Below, piece after piece: positions 42,044 through 51,439 of a stretch of 64,000 nt of DNA. The position numbers were made by a program, and so were the translations under genes. Source of the stretch: Betaproteobacteria bacterium (GTDB lineage: Bacteria; Pseudomonadota; Gammaproteobacteria; Burkholderiales; Burkholderiaceae_C); the NCBI GenBank assembly GCA_046094505.1, contig JBJTHN010000028.1, forward strand, positions 48,379-112,378, given 5' to 3'. The notes below the pieces were generated by a model, which ran no database searches, had not been told where the DNA came from, and was given only the letters and a program-made list of their open reading frames with translations. Within the stretch, counting starts at the first letter, position 1. Each line of letters starts with the position of its first letter.

Positions 42044-42628
42044 TCACACGGGCCTTTGCCAGGCCACCCCGTCCTCGGTGAGGATCACATCCAGCGGCAC
42101 ATCATGCAGCTCTGGCTGCAGCCAGGGCACATGTCCGTGCGAGTACGCCAGCCCAACGGTAAGGGGCCGGGGCTTTAGGCTGACCAGGGTGCGGTCGTAG
42201 AAGCCGCCCCCATAGCCCAGGCGATAGCCATTCGGCCCAAACCCCACACAGGGCACCAGCAGCAACTGCGGCTCGAACTGCGGGGTGTCCTTGGGCTTGG
42301 GAATCCCATAGGCATCGTCCTCCATCGGGCAGCCCGGCCACCAAGCGTGAAACTGCAAGCGCTTGTTTTCTCGCAGCATCACGGGCAAGCCGATAATGCG
42401 CTGGCCATCGGCCTCCGCCCAGCGGTACAAGGCCGGAAGGGCATCAAATTCACCCTTGATCGGCCAGTAGGCGCCGATGGCCACCTCGCTGCGGCCGACC
42501 AGCCACACCTGCAGCACCTCCTGCAATTGCTCGGCGCGCAGCAGGCGGTCGACCATGGTGTGGCGCTCAACCTGCAACTGCCGGCGCAGCAACTTCTTGT
42601 CGCGGGTAGGGTCGAGATTGAAATCCAT
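42044..42628 (-). CDS. 5-formyltetrahydrofolate cyclo-ligase
   Basis: Start set to MDFNLDPTRDKKLLRRQL. It carries IGAYWPIKGEFD and GYGGGFYDRTL. Confidence 0.85.
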   Translation of the reverse strand: MDFNLDPTRDKKLLRRQLQVERHTMVDRLLRAEQLQEVLQVWLVGRSEVAIGAYWPIKGEFDALPALYRWAEADGQRIIGLPVMLRENKRLQFHAWWPGCPMEDDAYGIPKPKDTPQFEPQLLLVPCVGFGPNGYRLGYGGGFYDRTLVSLKPRPLTVGLAYSHGHVPWLQPELHDVPLDVILTEDGVAWQRPV

Positions 42629-42708
42629 TGGCCAATCACCCGTTTCCTCGTGCAAACTTGTGCACCATGCCGCTAAACACCCCGCAGCCAAAGCGCTGCA
42701 CGCTCCTC

Positions 42709-44781
42709 ATGAAACTTCAACGGCGCCACGGTGCAGCGCTGGCCGCGGCAGCCTTTGCACTCGGATTGTCGACGATGTGGCCCGGCGCGGCTCCCGCCCA
42801 GGCCCAGCCCAGCCCAGCCATGGCCCTGGAGGCCACCAACTTCCCCAGCCAAGACGCCTTGATCAACGAGGCCCGCGAAGCCCTCAAGCGCCGTGACAAG
42901 TTACGCCTGGAAGCCCTGCGCGACACCGCCCAGCGCCAGTCCCACCCCTTGGCCTCCTGGATCGACTACTGGTACCTGGGCCTGCGCCTGGGCGAAGTGG
43001 GCACGGCCGAAGTGGAGCGCTTCTACCAGCGCTGGCCGGGCAGCTATGTGGAAGACCGCCTGCGCAACGACTGGCTGTTGGAGTTGGGCCACCGCCGTGC
43101 CTGGGCTGATTTCGCCCAGGACATGCCTCGCTTCAAGATGAACGATGACCGCGAGGTCACGTGCTACGCGCTGCTGGCCGAACATGAACTGGGCCGTGCA
43201 ACAACCGATCTGCGCGAGCGGGCGCTGGCGGCGTGGTTGGCCCAGCGCGAAGCCGACAAGGGCTGCCAAGTCATGGGCCGAACCCTGGTGCAGGCCAAGG
43301 TGTTGGGCGCGGATGCGGCGTGGCGAAAGCTGCAGCTGGCCATCGAGACGAACCGCCCCAAGGTGGCGCGCCAAACCGCAGAGTCCCTGGGCGTCCCCGT
43401 CCAAAAAGCCATCGCCGAGATCACCGACAACGCCACCAAGGCCCTGGACGCCAAGCGCGTCTGGCCTGCCCCCCACGCCGGTGCCCTGGCCGCCCTGGCC
43501 TTGGCCCGCCGAGCGCAAGACGCCCCTGAAGACGCCGCCAAGCGCTTGGAAGACCGCTGGGCGCGCCAGATGCCCCCTGAGTGGCAGGCCTGGGCCTGGG
43601 CACAGATCGGGCGACAAGCCGGCCTGAAGGGGCAAGCCCAAGCCGCGCAGCACTACCGCCGGGCTTGGGAAGCGGCCGACCGGAGCGGCAAGCCCGTTCA
43701 CTGGTCTGATGACACGCTGGCTTGGGGCGTGCGCAGCTCGCTGCGCGCTGCCGATGCGCTGTCCCCCCGTTTGATCCTGCGCTCCGTTGACGCCATGAGC
43801 GAACGAGAGCAAAGAGATCCGGCCTGGCAGTTTTGGCGGGCGCGGGCCTTGCTGCAAACCGCGCGCAGCGGCGCGGAAGGTCAAGCGCAGCGAGACGAAG
43901 CGCAACAAGCCCTGCACCGCATGGCCTCACCCCTGCACTTCTACGGCAAGCTGGCCTTGGAGGAGCTGGGCCAACCCCTGACACTGCCGCCCAAGCCCGG
44001 CCGCCCGCAGGCGGGTGAGCGCGAAGCGGCACTGCAGCATCCCGGCCTCACCCGCGCGCTGCGCCTGCTGGCCCTGGGCCTGCGCAGCGAAGGTGTGCGC
44101 GAATGGAACTTCAGCCTGCAGGGCATGAGCGACCGCGAACTGCTGGCCGCCGCCGAGCGTGCGTGTGAGCGCGAGGTGTGGGACCGCTGCATCAACACCA
44201 GCGACCGCACACGCTCGGAAATCGACCTGGAGCAACGGTTTCCCACGCCGTTTCGCCGCGACGTCTTGGCCAAGACCAGCGAGATGGGCGTCGACCCGGC
44301 GTATGTGTACGGCCTCATTCGGCAGGAGTCGCGCTTTGTGACCGACGCCCGCTCGCATGTGGGCGCATCGGGCCTGATGCAGGTGATGCCGGCCACGGCC
44401 AAGTGGACCGCCAAGCGCATCGGCCTGCCCTTCAAGCCCGAAATGATCACCGACCGAGACGCCAACCTGCGCATCGGCACGGCCTACCTGAAGATCGTGC
44501 TGGATGACTTCGGCGGCTCACAGGCCATGGCCGCTGCGGCCTATAACGCCGGGCCCAGCCGCCCACGCCGTTGGCGCGAGGGGCCGGTCATTGAAGCCGC
44601 CGCCTGGGCCGAGTCCATTCCCTTCAATGAGACACGCGACTACGTGAAGAAGGTGCTGTCCAACGCCACGCTGTACGCCGCCCTGATGGGCCAGGCCAAT
44701 GCCTCACTGAAGGCGCGCCTGGGCCACAGCATTGGGCCCCGTGAAGCCAGTGCGCCTGGCCCGGACCGAGAGATTCCCTAA
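42709..44781 (+). CDS. soluble lytic murein transglycosylase (Slt70-like)
   Basis: Signal peptide MKLQRRHGAALAAAAFALGLSTMWPGAAPAQA, then a superhelical U-domain. The catalytic domain carries GLIRQESRFVTDARSHVGASGLMQVMPATA and AAYNAGPSR. The start could also be 42667. Confidence 0.85.
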   Translation: MKLQRRHGAALAAAAFALGLSTMWPGAAPAQAQPSPAMALEATNFPSQDALINEAREALKRRDKLRLEALRDTAQRQSHPLASWIDYWYLGLRLGEVGTAEVERFYQRWPGSYVEDRLRNDWLLELGHRRAWADFAQDMPRFKMNDDREVTCYALLAEHELGRATTDLRERALAAWLAQREADKGCQVMGRTLVQAKVLGADAAWRKLQLAIETNRPKVARQTAESLGVPVQKAIAEITDNATKALDAKRVWPAPHAGALAALALARRAQDAPEDAAKRLEDRWARQMPPEWQAWAWAQIGRQAGLKGQAQAAQHYRRAWEAADRSGKPVHWSDDTLAWGVRSSLRAADALSPRLILRSVDAMSEREQRDPAWQFWRARALLQTARSGAEGQAQRDEAQQALHRMASPLHFYGKLALEELGQPLTLPPKPGRPQAGEREAALQHPGLTRALRLLALGLRSEGVREWNFSLQGMSDRELLAAAERACEREVWDRCINTSDRTRSEIDLEQRFPTPFRRDVLAKTSEMGVDPAYVYGLIRQESRFVTDARSHVGASGLMQVMPATAKWTAKRIGLPFKPEMITDRDANLRIGTAYLKIVLDDFGGSQAMAAAAYNAGPSRPRRWREGPVIEAAAWAESIPFNETRDYVKKVLSNATLYAALMGQANASLKARLGHSIGPREASAPGPDREIP

Positions 44782-44855
44782 GGCCTACGCACCTGTCAAA
44801 CCTGCCACACCGGCCACCCCCGCCAGCCCGTCACCCCGCCAGTGCCCTCCCCAAC

Positions 44856-45866
44856 ATGACACAAACCCTCTGGACGTCCCCACCCACTGCGGCGGGCCCC
44901 GCCGACGCCGGGCCCCAGCGCGTTCTGGTGTTGGGCGGTACCGGTTTCGTTGGGCAGTCCTTCTGTGAGCGTTGGACGCGCGCCATGCCCAGCGGCAGCA
45001 CCTTGCTGGTGCCCACGCGGCGTACCGCACACGCGCAGGCCATCCGCCACCTGCCCGGCGTGGTGGTGGTGCAGGCCGATGTGCACCAGTCCAGCGAACT
45101 CAACCAGCTCCTTCAAGGCTGCGACGCCGTGGTGAACCTGGTGGCCATCCTGCAAGGTTCGGCCAGTGCCTTCGAAAAGGTTCATGTGCGGCTGCCCAGC
45201 CAATTGGCTGCGGCGAGTGTGCAAGCGGGGGTGCTGCGGCTGGTTCACATCAGCGCCCTCGGGGTGAGCCCGCAGGCCCCTTCGCAATACCTGCGCAGCA
45301 AGGCCGCCGGCGAGGCCGCGCTGGCCCCACTGGGCACGGCCCTGAGCGTCTTGCGCCCATCGGTGATCTTTGGCGCGCGTGACCGCTTTCTGAACACCTT
45401 CGCCCGCCTGCAGGCCCTGGCTCCCGTGGTGCCGCTGGCGGGTGCCCATTCCACTTTCCAGCCGGTGTGGGTGGAAGACGTGGCACAGGCCATCGTGCAC
45501 AGCCTCATGAAGCCCGACCACACCCCAGCCGTGCTGGAGTGTGCGGGCCCGGCGGTCTACACCCTGGCCGAGTTGGTGCGCATGGCCGGCCAGTGGAGCG
45601 GGCATGCCCGCCCCATCGTGCCGCTGCCCGGCCCACTGGCCACCGTGCAAGCCCTGGCCATGGAAGCCCTGCCCGGGGAGCCTCTGATGTCACGCGACAA
45701 CCTGGCGTCTATGCAGGTGCCCAATGTGGCCACCGGCACACTGCCAGGGCTGTCGGCCATTGGCATCACGCCCACCTCGCTACAGGCCATCGGACCCACC
45801 TATTTGCGCCCCGGCCAAGGCTGCGCGCGATTGGACGCGCTGCGCGCCCGCGCCGGTCGGCGCTGA
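44856..45866 (+). CDS. NAD-dependent epimerase/dehydratase-type atypical SDR (complex I NDUFA9-like family)
   Basis: VLVLGGTGFVGQ Rossmann motif. HISALG, YLRSKAAGE (YxxxK) and LRPSVIFG fit the NDUFA9-like subfamily. Confidence 0.75.
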   Translation: MTQTLWTSPPTAAGPADAGPQRVLVLGGTGFVGQSFCERWTRAMPSGSTLLVPTRRTAHAQAIRHLPGVVVVQADVHQSSELNQLLQGCDAVVNLVAILQGSASAFEKVHVRLPSQLAAASVQAGVLRLVHISALGVSPQAPSQYLRSKAAGEAALAPLGTALSVLRPSVIFGARDRFLNTFARLQALAPVVPLAGAHSTFQPVWVEDVAQAIVHSLMKPDHTPAVLECAGPAVYTLAELVRMAGQWSGHARPIVPLPGPLATVQALAMEALPGEPLMSRDNLASMQVPNVATGTLPGLSAIGITPTSLQAIGPTYLRPGQGCARLDALRARAGRR

Positions 45867-45896
45867 GGCTCACACCCTGAGGCTCACACCATCACC

Positions 45897-47159
45897 ATGG
45901 CCAGCGCTTCACGCAACCAGTCGGACCGAGCGTGGCGCCTGTACCTCGTGGGTGGTGCGGTGCGCGACCGCCTCATGGGCCGTGAGCCCGGTGACCGCGA
46001 TTGGGTGGCGGTTGGAGCGCGTGCGGAAGACCTTGCGCGCGAAGGCTTCGTGCCGGTGGGGCGCGACTTCCCCGTGTTCCTGCACCCACAAACCCATGAA
46101 GAAGTGGCGCTGGCCCGCACCGAGCGCAAGACCGCCCGCGGCTACCACGGCTTCGAGTTTCACGCCGACCCCTCGGTGACCCTTGAAGAGGACCTGCGCC
46201 GGCGGGACCTCACCATCAACGCCATCGCGCAGGATGAAGACGGCTCGCTGATCGACCCCTGTGGCGGGCAAGCCGACCTGCAGGCCAAGACGCTGCGCCA
46301 CGTCAGCCCCGCCTTTGCCGAAGACCCGGTTCGCATCCTTCGCTTGGCACGCTTTGCAGCGCGCTGGCCAGACTTCAGTGTGGCCAAGGACACCCTGGCC
46401 CTGTGCCACCAGATGGTGCAAGCCGGCGAAGTGGATGCGCTGGTGGCCGAGCGTGTCTGGCAGGAGCTTTCTCGCGGGCTGATGGAAGTGCAGCCCAGCC
46501 GCATGTTCGAGGTGCTGCGCGACTGCGCGGCCCTGCAGCGCCTGCTGCCCGAGGTCGATCGCCTGTGGGGCGTGCCCCAGCCAGCCGAACACCATCCCGA
46601 GATCGACACCGGTGTGCACCTGATGATGGTTCTGGATGCCACAGCGCGGGCCCAGGCCCCGCTGCCGGTGCGCTTTGCCGCCTTGTGCCACGACCTGGGA
46701 AAAGGCCAGACACCGCCGGCGCAGTGGCCGCGCCACATCGGACACGAAGCGCGCAGTGCCCAGATCCTGCAAGGCCTGTGTCAACGCTGGCGTGTGCCAC
46801 AGGAGTGCCGTGAATTGGCCGAGGTGGTGGCACGCGAACACGGGCACATCCACGCCAGCCTTGGGCTGTCGGCGGCCGGCACGGTTCGCTTGCTGGATCG
46901 GCTGGACGCCTGGCGGCGGCCCGAGCGCCTGAGCAGCATCCTGCAGGCCTGCCTGTGCGATGCACGCGGCCGTTTGGGCCGGGAGTCGCAAGACTACCTC
47001 CAGGCGCAGCGCCTGCAGCAGGCCCACGCCAGCGCCATGGCTCTGGACACCGCGGCTGTGGCCCGTGACGCAGCGGCCCAGGGCCTTCGTGGGCCCGCCA
47101 TCGGGCAGCGCATCCAACAAGCCCGCATTCAGGCCCTGCGCGAGCTGGGCTGGGCCTGA
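45897..47159 (+). CDS. cca: multifunctional CCA-adding tRNA nucleotidyltransferase / phosphohydrolase
   Basis: YLVGGAVRDRLMG, DRDWV and ERKTARGYHGF. The C-terminal HD domain carries HPEIDTGVH and LCHDLGK. Confidence 0.93.
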   Translation: MASASRNQSDRAWRLYLVGGAVRDRLMGREPGDRDWVAVGARAEDLAREGFVPVGRDFPVFLHPQTHEEVALARTERKTARGYHGFEFHADPSVTLEEDLRRRDLTINAIAQDEDGSLIDPCGGQADLQAKTLRHVSPAFAEDPVRILRLARFAARWPDFSVAKDTLALCHQMVQAGEVDALVAERVWQELSRGLMEVQPSRMFEVLRDCAALQRLLPEVDRLWGVPQPAEHHPEIDTGVHLMMVLDATARAQAPLPVRFAALCHDLGKGQTPPAQWPRHIGHEARSAQILQGLCQRWRVPQECRELAEVVAREHGHIHASLGLSAAGTVRLLDRLDAWRRPERLSSILQACLCDARGRLGRESQDYLQAQRLQQAHASAMALDTAAVARDAAAQGLRGPAIGQRIQQARIQALRELGWA

Positions 47160-47173
47160 CAGCGCACAGGGCT

Positions 47174-47368
47174 CTAGAACAGTTTCATCAGCAGCGAAAC
47201 CACAAAGCTCAACACCAGGGTCGAGGCCACGGGCAGGTACCACTCGCGCCCAAACAAGCGAAAGCGAAAGTCACCCGGCAGCTGCCCCAAGCCCAAGCGC
47301 TGCAACAGCGGCTGCGCCCAGCTGAACAAGACCAGGGCCAAGAGGATGACCAACGCCCATCGCAGCAT
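47174..47368 (-). CDS. DUF2905 family small membrane protein
   Basis: 64 aa with two TM segments flanking LGLGQLPGDFRFR, the characteristic PGD motif of DUF2905. Confidence 0.7.
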   Translation of the reverse strand: MLRWALVILLALVLFSWAQPLLQRLGLGQLPGDFRFRLFGREWYLPVASTLVLSFVVSLLMKLF

Positions 47369-47388
47369 GTGCCGTCCTTTGTGCCCGC

Positions 47389-48570
47389 CTACAGGGTGTG
47401 CGAGCGGTCGCCCCGCGCAAAGCCCAAGGCTTCAAAGCCCTCACCGGCGGCCAGACCCAAGACCTTGAAGAGTTCGCCCATCTCATGCTCGGTCACCAGC
47501 TTGGCGGCGTTCGCCCGCTCAGCCACCGAGCCCTGGGCCATCAGGTCCACCAGGCCGCAGTTCATGAAGAAGCGCGCCTGGGAGGTGTAGCCCAACACCG
47601 ACAAGCCGGCCTCCTGCGCAGCCAAGGCCACGCCGGTGAAGTTCACATGGGCCGTGATGTCCTTCAACCCCACATCCACCAGGGGGTCCGCATCCGCGCG
47701 GTGGGCACGGTGGCACATCAGGGTGCCACCCACGCGCTGCGGGTGGTAATACTCCCGCTCCGGAAAGCCGTAGTCGATGAAGAACGCGGCGCCGAGCACC
47801 AGGCGCTGCGCCAGGCTGCGCATGAAGGCCTCAGCCTGCGGGTGGATCTCCACCACCGTGCCGGGCACGAAGCGGCCTGGCCAATTCAAAGTGACGTCCT
47901 GGTTCAGTGCCGGGTGCTGACCGTCCACAGGCGGGCGCAGCTCGGTGCTGCGGTCCTGCCACACAAAGGCGCTGGGCCCCTCATCCCAGGCCACCCCACG
48001 CTCGTACCACTGCTGCCCATCCCAGTGCAACAAGGTCACCGGCAGCGCGTCCAGCATTTCGTTGGCCACCACCACGGCCTGCAGGGAATCGGGCCAAGCG
48101 TCCAGCCAGCGCACCCGGTCGCCAAAACGCGCCAGCCGCTGGGCTTGACGCTGGCGCAAGCTGCCGCTGAGGTCCACAATGTCGTAGCGCTGCACCGAGT
48201 CCCCCAGGGCCTGCAGCAGTTGCTCGGCCAAGGCGCCTGAACCCGCGCCAAACTCACACACGGTCGTGGTGTGGGTGGCCTGCAAGGCCTGTCGAACCTG
48301 CACCGCCAAGGCCTGTCCAAACAGCCCGGAAAGCTCCGGCGCCGTGACAAAGTCGCTGCCGTCCTGAGGCATCCAGCCAAATGGCAGGTGGTCGCCGCTG
48401 TAATAGCCCAGGCCGGGCGTGTACAGCGCAGCAGACATGAAACGCTCAAAAGGCCACCATCCACCGTCTTGGGCTATGGCCTTTCGGATGCGCTGCGCCA
48501 GGGGTTGAGCCCCAAGCGCCGATAATTCCTCAGGGGCCCGTGGTGCAGGCGGTGTTTGCATGGCCTCCAT
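47389..48570 (-). CDS. class I SAM-dependent methyltransferase, DUF185 / NDUFAF7 (MidA) family
   Basis: Start set to MEAMQTPP (or MQTPP at 48561). FERFMSAALYTPGLGYYS, FVTAPELS, EFGAGSGALA and ANEMLDALPV are hallmarks of the family. The 117-codon upstream extension in the track is rejected. Confidence 0.8.
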   Translation of the reverse strand: MEAMQTPPAPRAPEELSALGAQPLAQRIRKAIAQDGGWWPFERFMSAALYTPGLGYYSGDHLPFGWMPQDGSDFVTAPELSGLFGQALAVQVRQALQATHTTTVCEFGAGSGALAEQLLQALGDSVQRYDIVDLSGSLRQRQAQRLARFGDRVRWLDAWPDSLQAVVVANEMLDALPVTLLHWDGQQWYERGVAWDEGPSAFVWQDRSTELRPPVDGQHPALNQDVTLNWPGRFVPGTVVEIHPQAEAFMRSLAQRLVLGAAFFIDYGFPEREYYHPQRVGGTLMCHRAHRADADPLVDVGLKDITAHVNFTGVALAAQEAGLSVLGYTSQARFFMNCGLVDLMAQGSVAERANAAKLVTEHEMGELFKVLGLAAGEGFEALGFARGDRSHTL

Positions 48571-48595
48571 TGTAGGAAGCCCAAGGCCGGACCCC

Positions 48596-49405
48596 ATGCC
48601 ACCGAACAACGCCCTCTCCTCGACGCACGAACGACCCGTGGCCCTGGTCACGGGTTCGGCGCGTCGCATTGGGCGGGCCATCGCCTTGGAACTGGCCGCC
48701 CAAGGCTGGGCCCTGGCGCTGCACCACCGCCAATCGGCCAGCGAAACCGAAGCGCTGGCCGCGGAGTTGCGCGCCCAAGGCGCTGTGGTGCAGGTGCTGC
48801 AAGCCGACCTGGCCGATGAGGTGCAGGCGCGCCAGCTGGCCCAAGACGTGGTGCGCCAATGCGGCCGTTGGGACGCCCTGGTCAACAACGCCTCACTCTT
48901 CGAGTACGACGACGTGGGCACCTTTGGCTACCAGGCCCTCACGCGCCATCTCCTGGCCAACACAGCAGCACCCGTGGTCCTGGCCCAGTGCCTGCACCAG
49001 CACCTTCAGGGCCGCGCGGGCGCCCAGGGCTGCGTGGTCAACCTGTTGGACCAGAAGTTGTGGAATCCGAATCCCGACTACCTGTCCTACACCCTGTCCA
49101 AGGCCGCGCTGGAATCGGCCAACACCCTGCTGGCCCAAGCCCTGGCGCCCACCGTCCGCGTCTGCGGGGTGGCCCCAGGCGTGACGCTTGTTTCAGGCCC
49201 CATGACCGATGCGGGTTTTGCGCAAGCCCACACCATGACACCGCTGGGCCGCTCTTCAAGCCCACAAGACATCGCGCAGGCCGTGGCCTATCTGCTGCGC
49301 GCAGCGGCCATCACCGGCACCACCCTGCTCGTCGATGGCGGGCAGCACCTGACGCCCCAGTCGCGCGATGTGCTGTTCCTCACCCCCCAAACGGATTCCG
49401 AATAG
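48596..49405 (+). CDS. SDR family oxidoreductase, pteridine reductase / FolM-like
   Basis: Start set to MPPNNAL. VALVTGSARRIGRAIALELA is a TGxxxRIG motif typical of pteridine reductases. It also has NNAS and YxxxK (YTLSKAAL). A folB-family gene lies immediately downstream. Confidence 0.65.
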   Translation: MPPNNALSSTHERPVALVTGSARRIGRAIALELAAQGWALALHHRQSASETEALAAELRAQGAVVQVLQADLADEVQARQLAQDVVRQCGRWDALVNNASLFEYDDVGTFGYQALTRHLLANTAAPVVLAQCLHQHLQGRAGAQGCVVNLLDQKLWNPNPDYLSYTLSKAALESANTLLAQALAPTVRVCGVAPGVTLVSGPMTDAGFAQAHTMTPLGRSSSPQDIAQAVAYLLRAAAITGTTLLVDGGQHLTPQSRDVLFLTPQTDSE

Positions 49406-49408
49406 GGC

Positions 49409-49819
49409 ATGCCCATGCAAACCCTGCTGTCCCATCCCGCCCTCATGGATTGCCGGCGCCTGTTTCTGCGCAACTACGAGGTCTGGATCAACATCGGCGT
49501 GCATGACTTCGAAAAGCGGGGTGAACAGCGCGTGCTGATCAATGTGGAGCTGTATGTGCCGCTGGGGATGAGCACGCCGCAGGCCGACAAGCTCGACGAA
49601 GTGGTCGACTACGATTTCATCCGCCGCACCATCGCGCAGCGCGTTTCGCAAGGCCACATCCACCTGCAAGAGACCCTGGTGGATGAAGTGCTGCAATTGA
49701 TGCTGGCGCATCCGCAGGTGCGCGCCGCGCGCGTGAGCACCGAAAAGCCCGATGTCTACCCCGACTGCGACGCGGTTGGCGTGGAGGTCTTTGGCATCAA
49801 GGACCACAAGTCACCATGA
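49409..49819 (+). CDS. dihydroneopterin aldolase family protein (FolB/FolX-like)
   Basis: [25 protein letters not shown] and VEVF form a tunnelling-fold pattern of the FolB family. Its stop overlaps the ttcA ATG. Confidence 0.65.
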   Translation: MPMQTLLSHPALMDCRRLFLRNYEVWINIGVHDFEKRGEQRVLINVELYVPLGMSTPQADKLDEVVDYDFIRRTIAQRVSQGHIHLQETLVDEVLQLMLAHPQVRAARVSTEKPDVYPDCDAVGVEVFGIKDHKSP

Positions 49820-50784
49820 GCACCAACGCCCCCCTGCTCGAAGAAGCGCAGGCGCAAGCCACCGCACGCAAGGCCGCGGCCAAAGTCGAGTTCGAGAACA
49901 ACAAACTCAGCAAGCGCCTGCATCGGCAGGTGGGCCAGGCCATCGCCGACTTCAACATGATCGAGCCCGGCGACAAGGTCATGGTGTGCCTGTCGGGCGG
50001 CAAGGACAGCTATGCCCTGCTCGACATTCTGATGAGCCTGCGCCAGCGCGCGCCCATCCCGTTCGACCTCATCGCCGTCAACCTCGACCAAAAGCAGCCC
50101 GGCTTTCCCGAGCACGTGCTGCCGGAGTACCTCACCCGGGTGGGCGTGCCCTTCCACATCGAGAACCAGGACACCTACTCCATCGTCAAACGGCTGATCC
50201 CGGAAGGCAAAACCCTGTGCAGCCTGTGCTCTCGGCTGCGCCGGGGCATCCTGTACCGCGTGGCCGGGGAACTCGGCTGCACCAAGATTGCCCTGGGACA
50301 TCACCGAGACGACATGGTGGTCACCCTGCTGATGAACATGTTCTTCGGCAGCAAAATGAAGGGCATGCCGCCCAAGCTGGTCAGCGACAACGGACAGCAC
50401 ATCATCATCCGCCCCCTGGCCTACGTGGCCGAAACCGACCTGGAGCGTTGGGCGCAGGTGCAGCAGTACCCCATCATCCCCTGCAGCCTGTGTGGCAGCC
50501 AAGAAAACCTTCAGCGCGCGCAGATCAAGTCCATAATTCGGGAGTGGGACCGCCAGCATCCGGGCCGCATCGACAACATGTTCACGGCCATGGGCAGCAT
50601 CGTGCCCTCGCACATGATGGACCGCAAGCTCTACCCCTTCACCACGCTCAAAGCGCATGGCCAGCCCGACCCACAGGGTGACAAGGCCTTTGACGAAGAC
50701 GATGATTGCGGCAGCACAAAGCAGGCGGTGACGCAAGAGGCCACCATCCGGCTGCAGCCACTCGAATCAGGGGAGGATCGATGA
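49816..50784 (+). CDS. ttcA: tRNA 2-thiocytidine(32) synthetase
   Basis: The PP-loop is [26 protein letters not shown] and CSLCG supply Cys clusters. The context is LGHHRDD. Confidence 0.93.
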   Translation: MSTNAPLLEEAQAQATARKAAAKVEFENNKLSKRLHRQVGQAIADFNMIEPGDKVMVCLSGGKDSYALLDILMSLRQRAPIPFDLIAVNLDQKQPGFPEHVLPEYLTRVGVPFHIENQDTYSIVKRLIPEGKTLCSLCSRLRRGILYRVAGELGCTKIALGHHRDDMVVTLLMNMFFGSKMKGMPPKLVSDNGQHIIIRPLAYVAETDLERWAQVQQYPIIPCSLCGSQENLQRAQIKSIIREWDRQHPGRIDNMFTAMGSIVPSHMMDRKLYPFTTLKAHGQPDPQGDKAFDEDDDCGSTKQAVTQEATIRLQPLESGEDR

Positions 50785-51419
50785 ACCGGCGTCAACTCAG
50801 CACGATTGCGCTGCTCGCTGCACTGGCGGCCCTCAGCGGCTGTGCATCCCTGAACCAGATCGGCAGCGAGGTCAGCAGCTACGGCCAGTGGCCCCCAGGG
50901 CGAGCGGCGGGTCGGTACTTCATTGAACGGCTGCCGTCGCAAGCAGCGCAAGCCCCGCCCCCCGCACAGGCGGGAGTCACCCCCGCCGTGCCGCCCCTGG
51001 AAGCCGCCGCGCACGGCGCGCTACAGGCTGCAGGCTTTCAGCGCGCGCCCTCGCTGGAAACCGCCGATGTGGTGGTACAGATCGGCGCCCGCGTAACGCG
51101 CTACGACATCTCCCCCTGGGCCGACCCACTGTGGTGGCGTTGGGGCCCGCGCTACTGGCGCGGCCCGGCCTGGACGGGCCAGCGTTTCTACAGCACGCCT
51201 CCCGGCTGGCGCACCGCGCCGCCGCCCGACCGCGAAGTGGCCCTGCTGCTGCGTGACCGGGCCACCAGCGTGCCCCTGTGGGAAGCCCGCGCCGTCTCCA
51301 GTGGCATCAGCACCGAGTTGGAGGTCTTTCAGGCCATGTTCTCGGCGGCCCTGTCCGGCTTTCCGAACGCCAAGCCACAGCCCCACCACGTCTCGGTGAC
51401 GCTGCCGCCCAAGCGCTAA
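50781..51419 (+). CDS. putative lipoprotein (DUF4136-like)
   Basis: The ATG overlaps the ttcA stop (ATGA), with GGGGAGGA upstream. The lipobox is LSGC in [24 protein letters not shown]. The domain call is from general resemblance only. Confidence 0.5.
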   Translation: MNRRQLSTIALLAALAALSGCASLNQIGSEVSSYGQWPPGRAAGRYFIERLPSQAAQAPPPAQAGVTPAVPPLEAAAHGALQAAGFQRAPSLETADVVVQIGARVTRYDISPWADPLWWRWGPRYWRGPAWTGQRFYSTPPGWRTAPPPDREVALLLRDRATSVPLWEARAVSSGISTELEVFQAMFSAALSGFPNAKPQPHHVSVTLPPKR

Positions 51420-51439
51420 ACCGGCCTTCGAAAGACGGC

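Noticed and set aside
42629-42708. 6S RNA (ssrS), which lies immediately upstream of the 5-formyl-THF cyclo-ligase gene in E. coli and many proteobacteria.
   Set aside because: Only about 80 bp separates the cyclo-ligase start from the divergent slt-like gene, too short for a ~180-nt 6S RNA. No long imperfect hairpin is visible.
44800-44850. Imperfect direct repeat CACCCCCGCCAGCCCGT / CACCCCGCCAGTGCCCT upstream of the NDUFA9-like gene.
   Set aside because: There are only two degenerate copies in C-rich sequence. This is indistinguishable from chance given the base composition.
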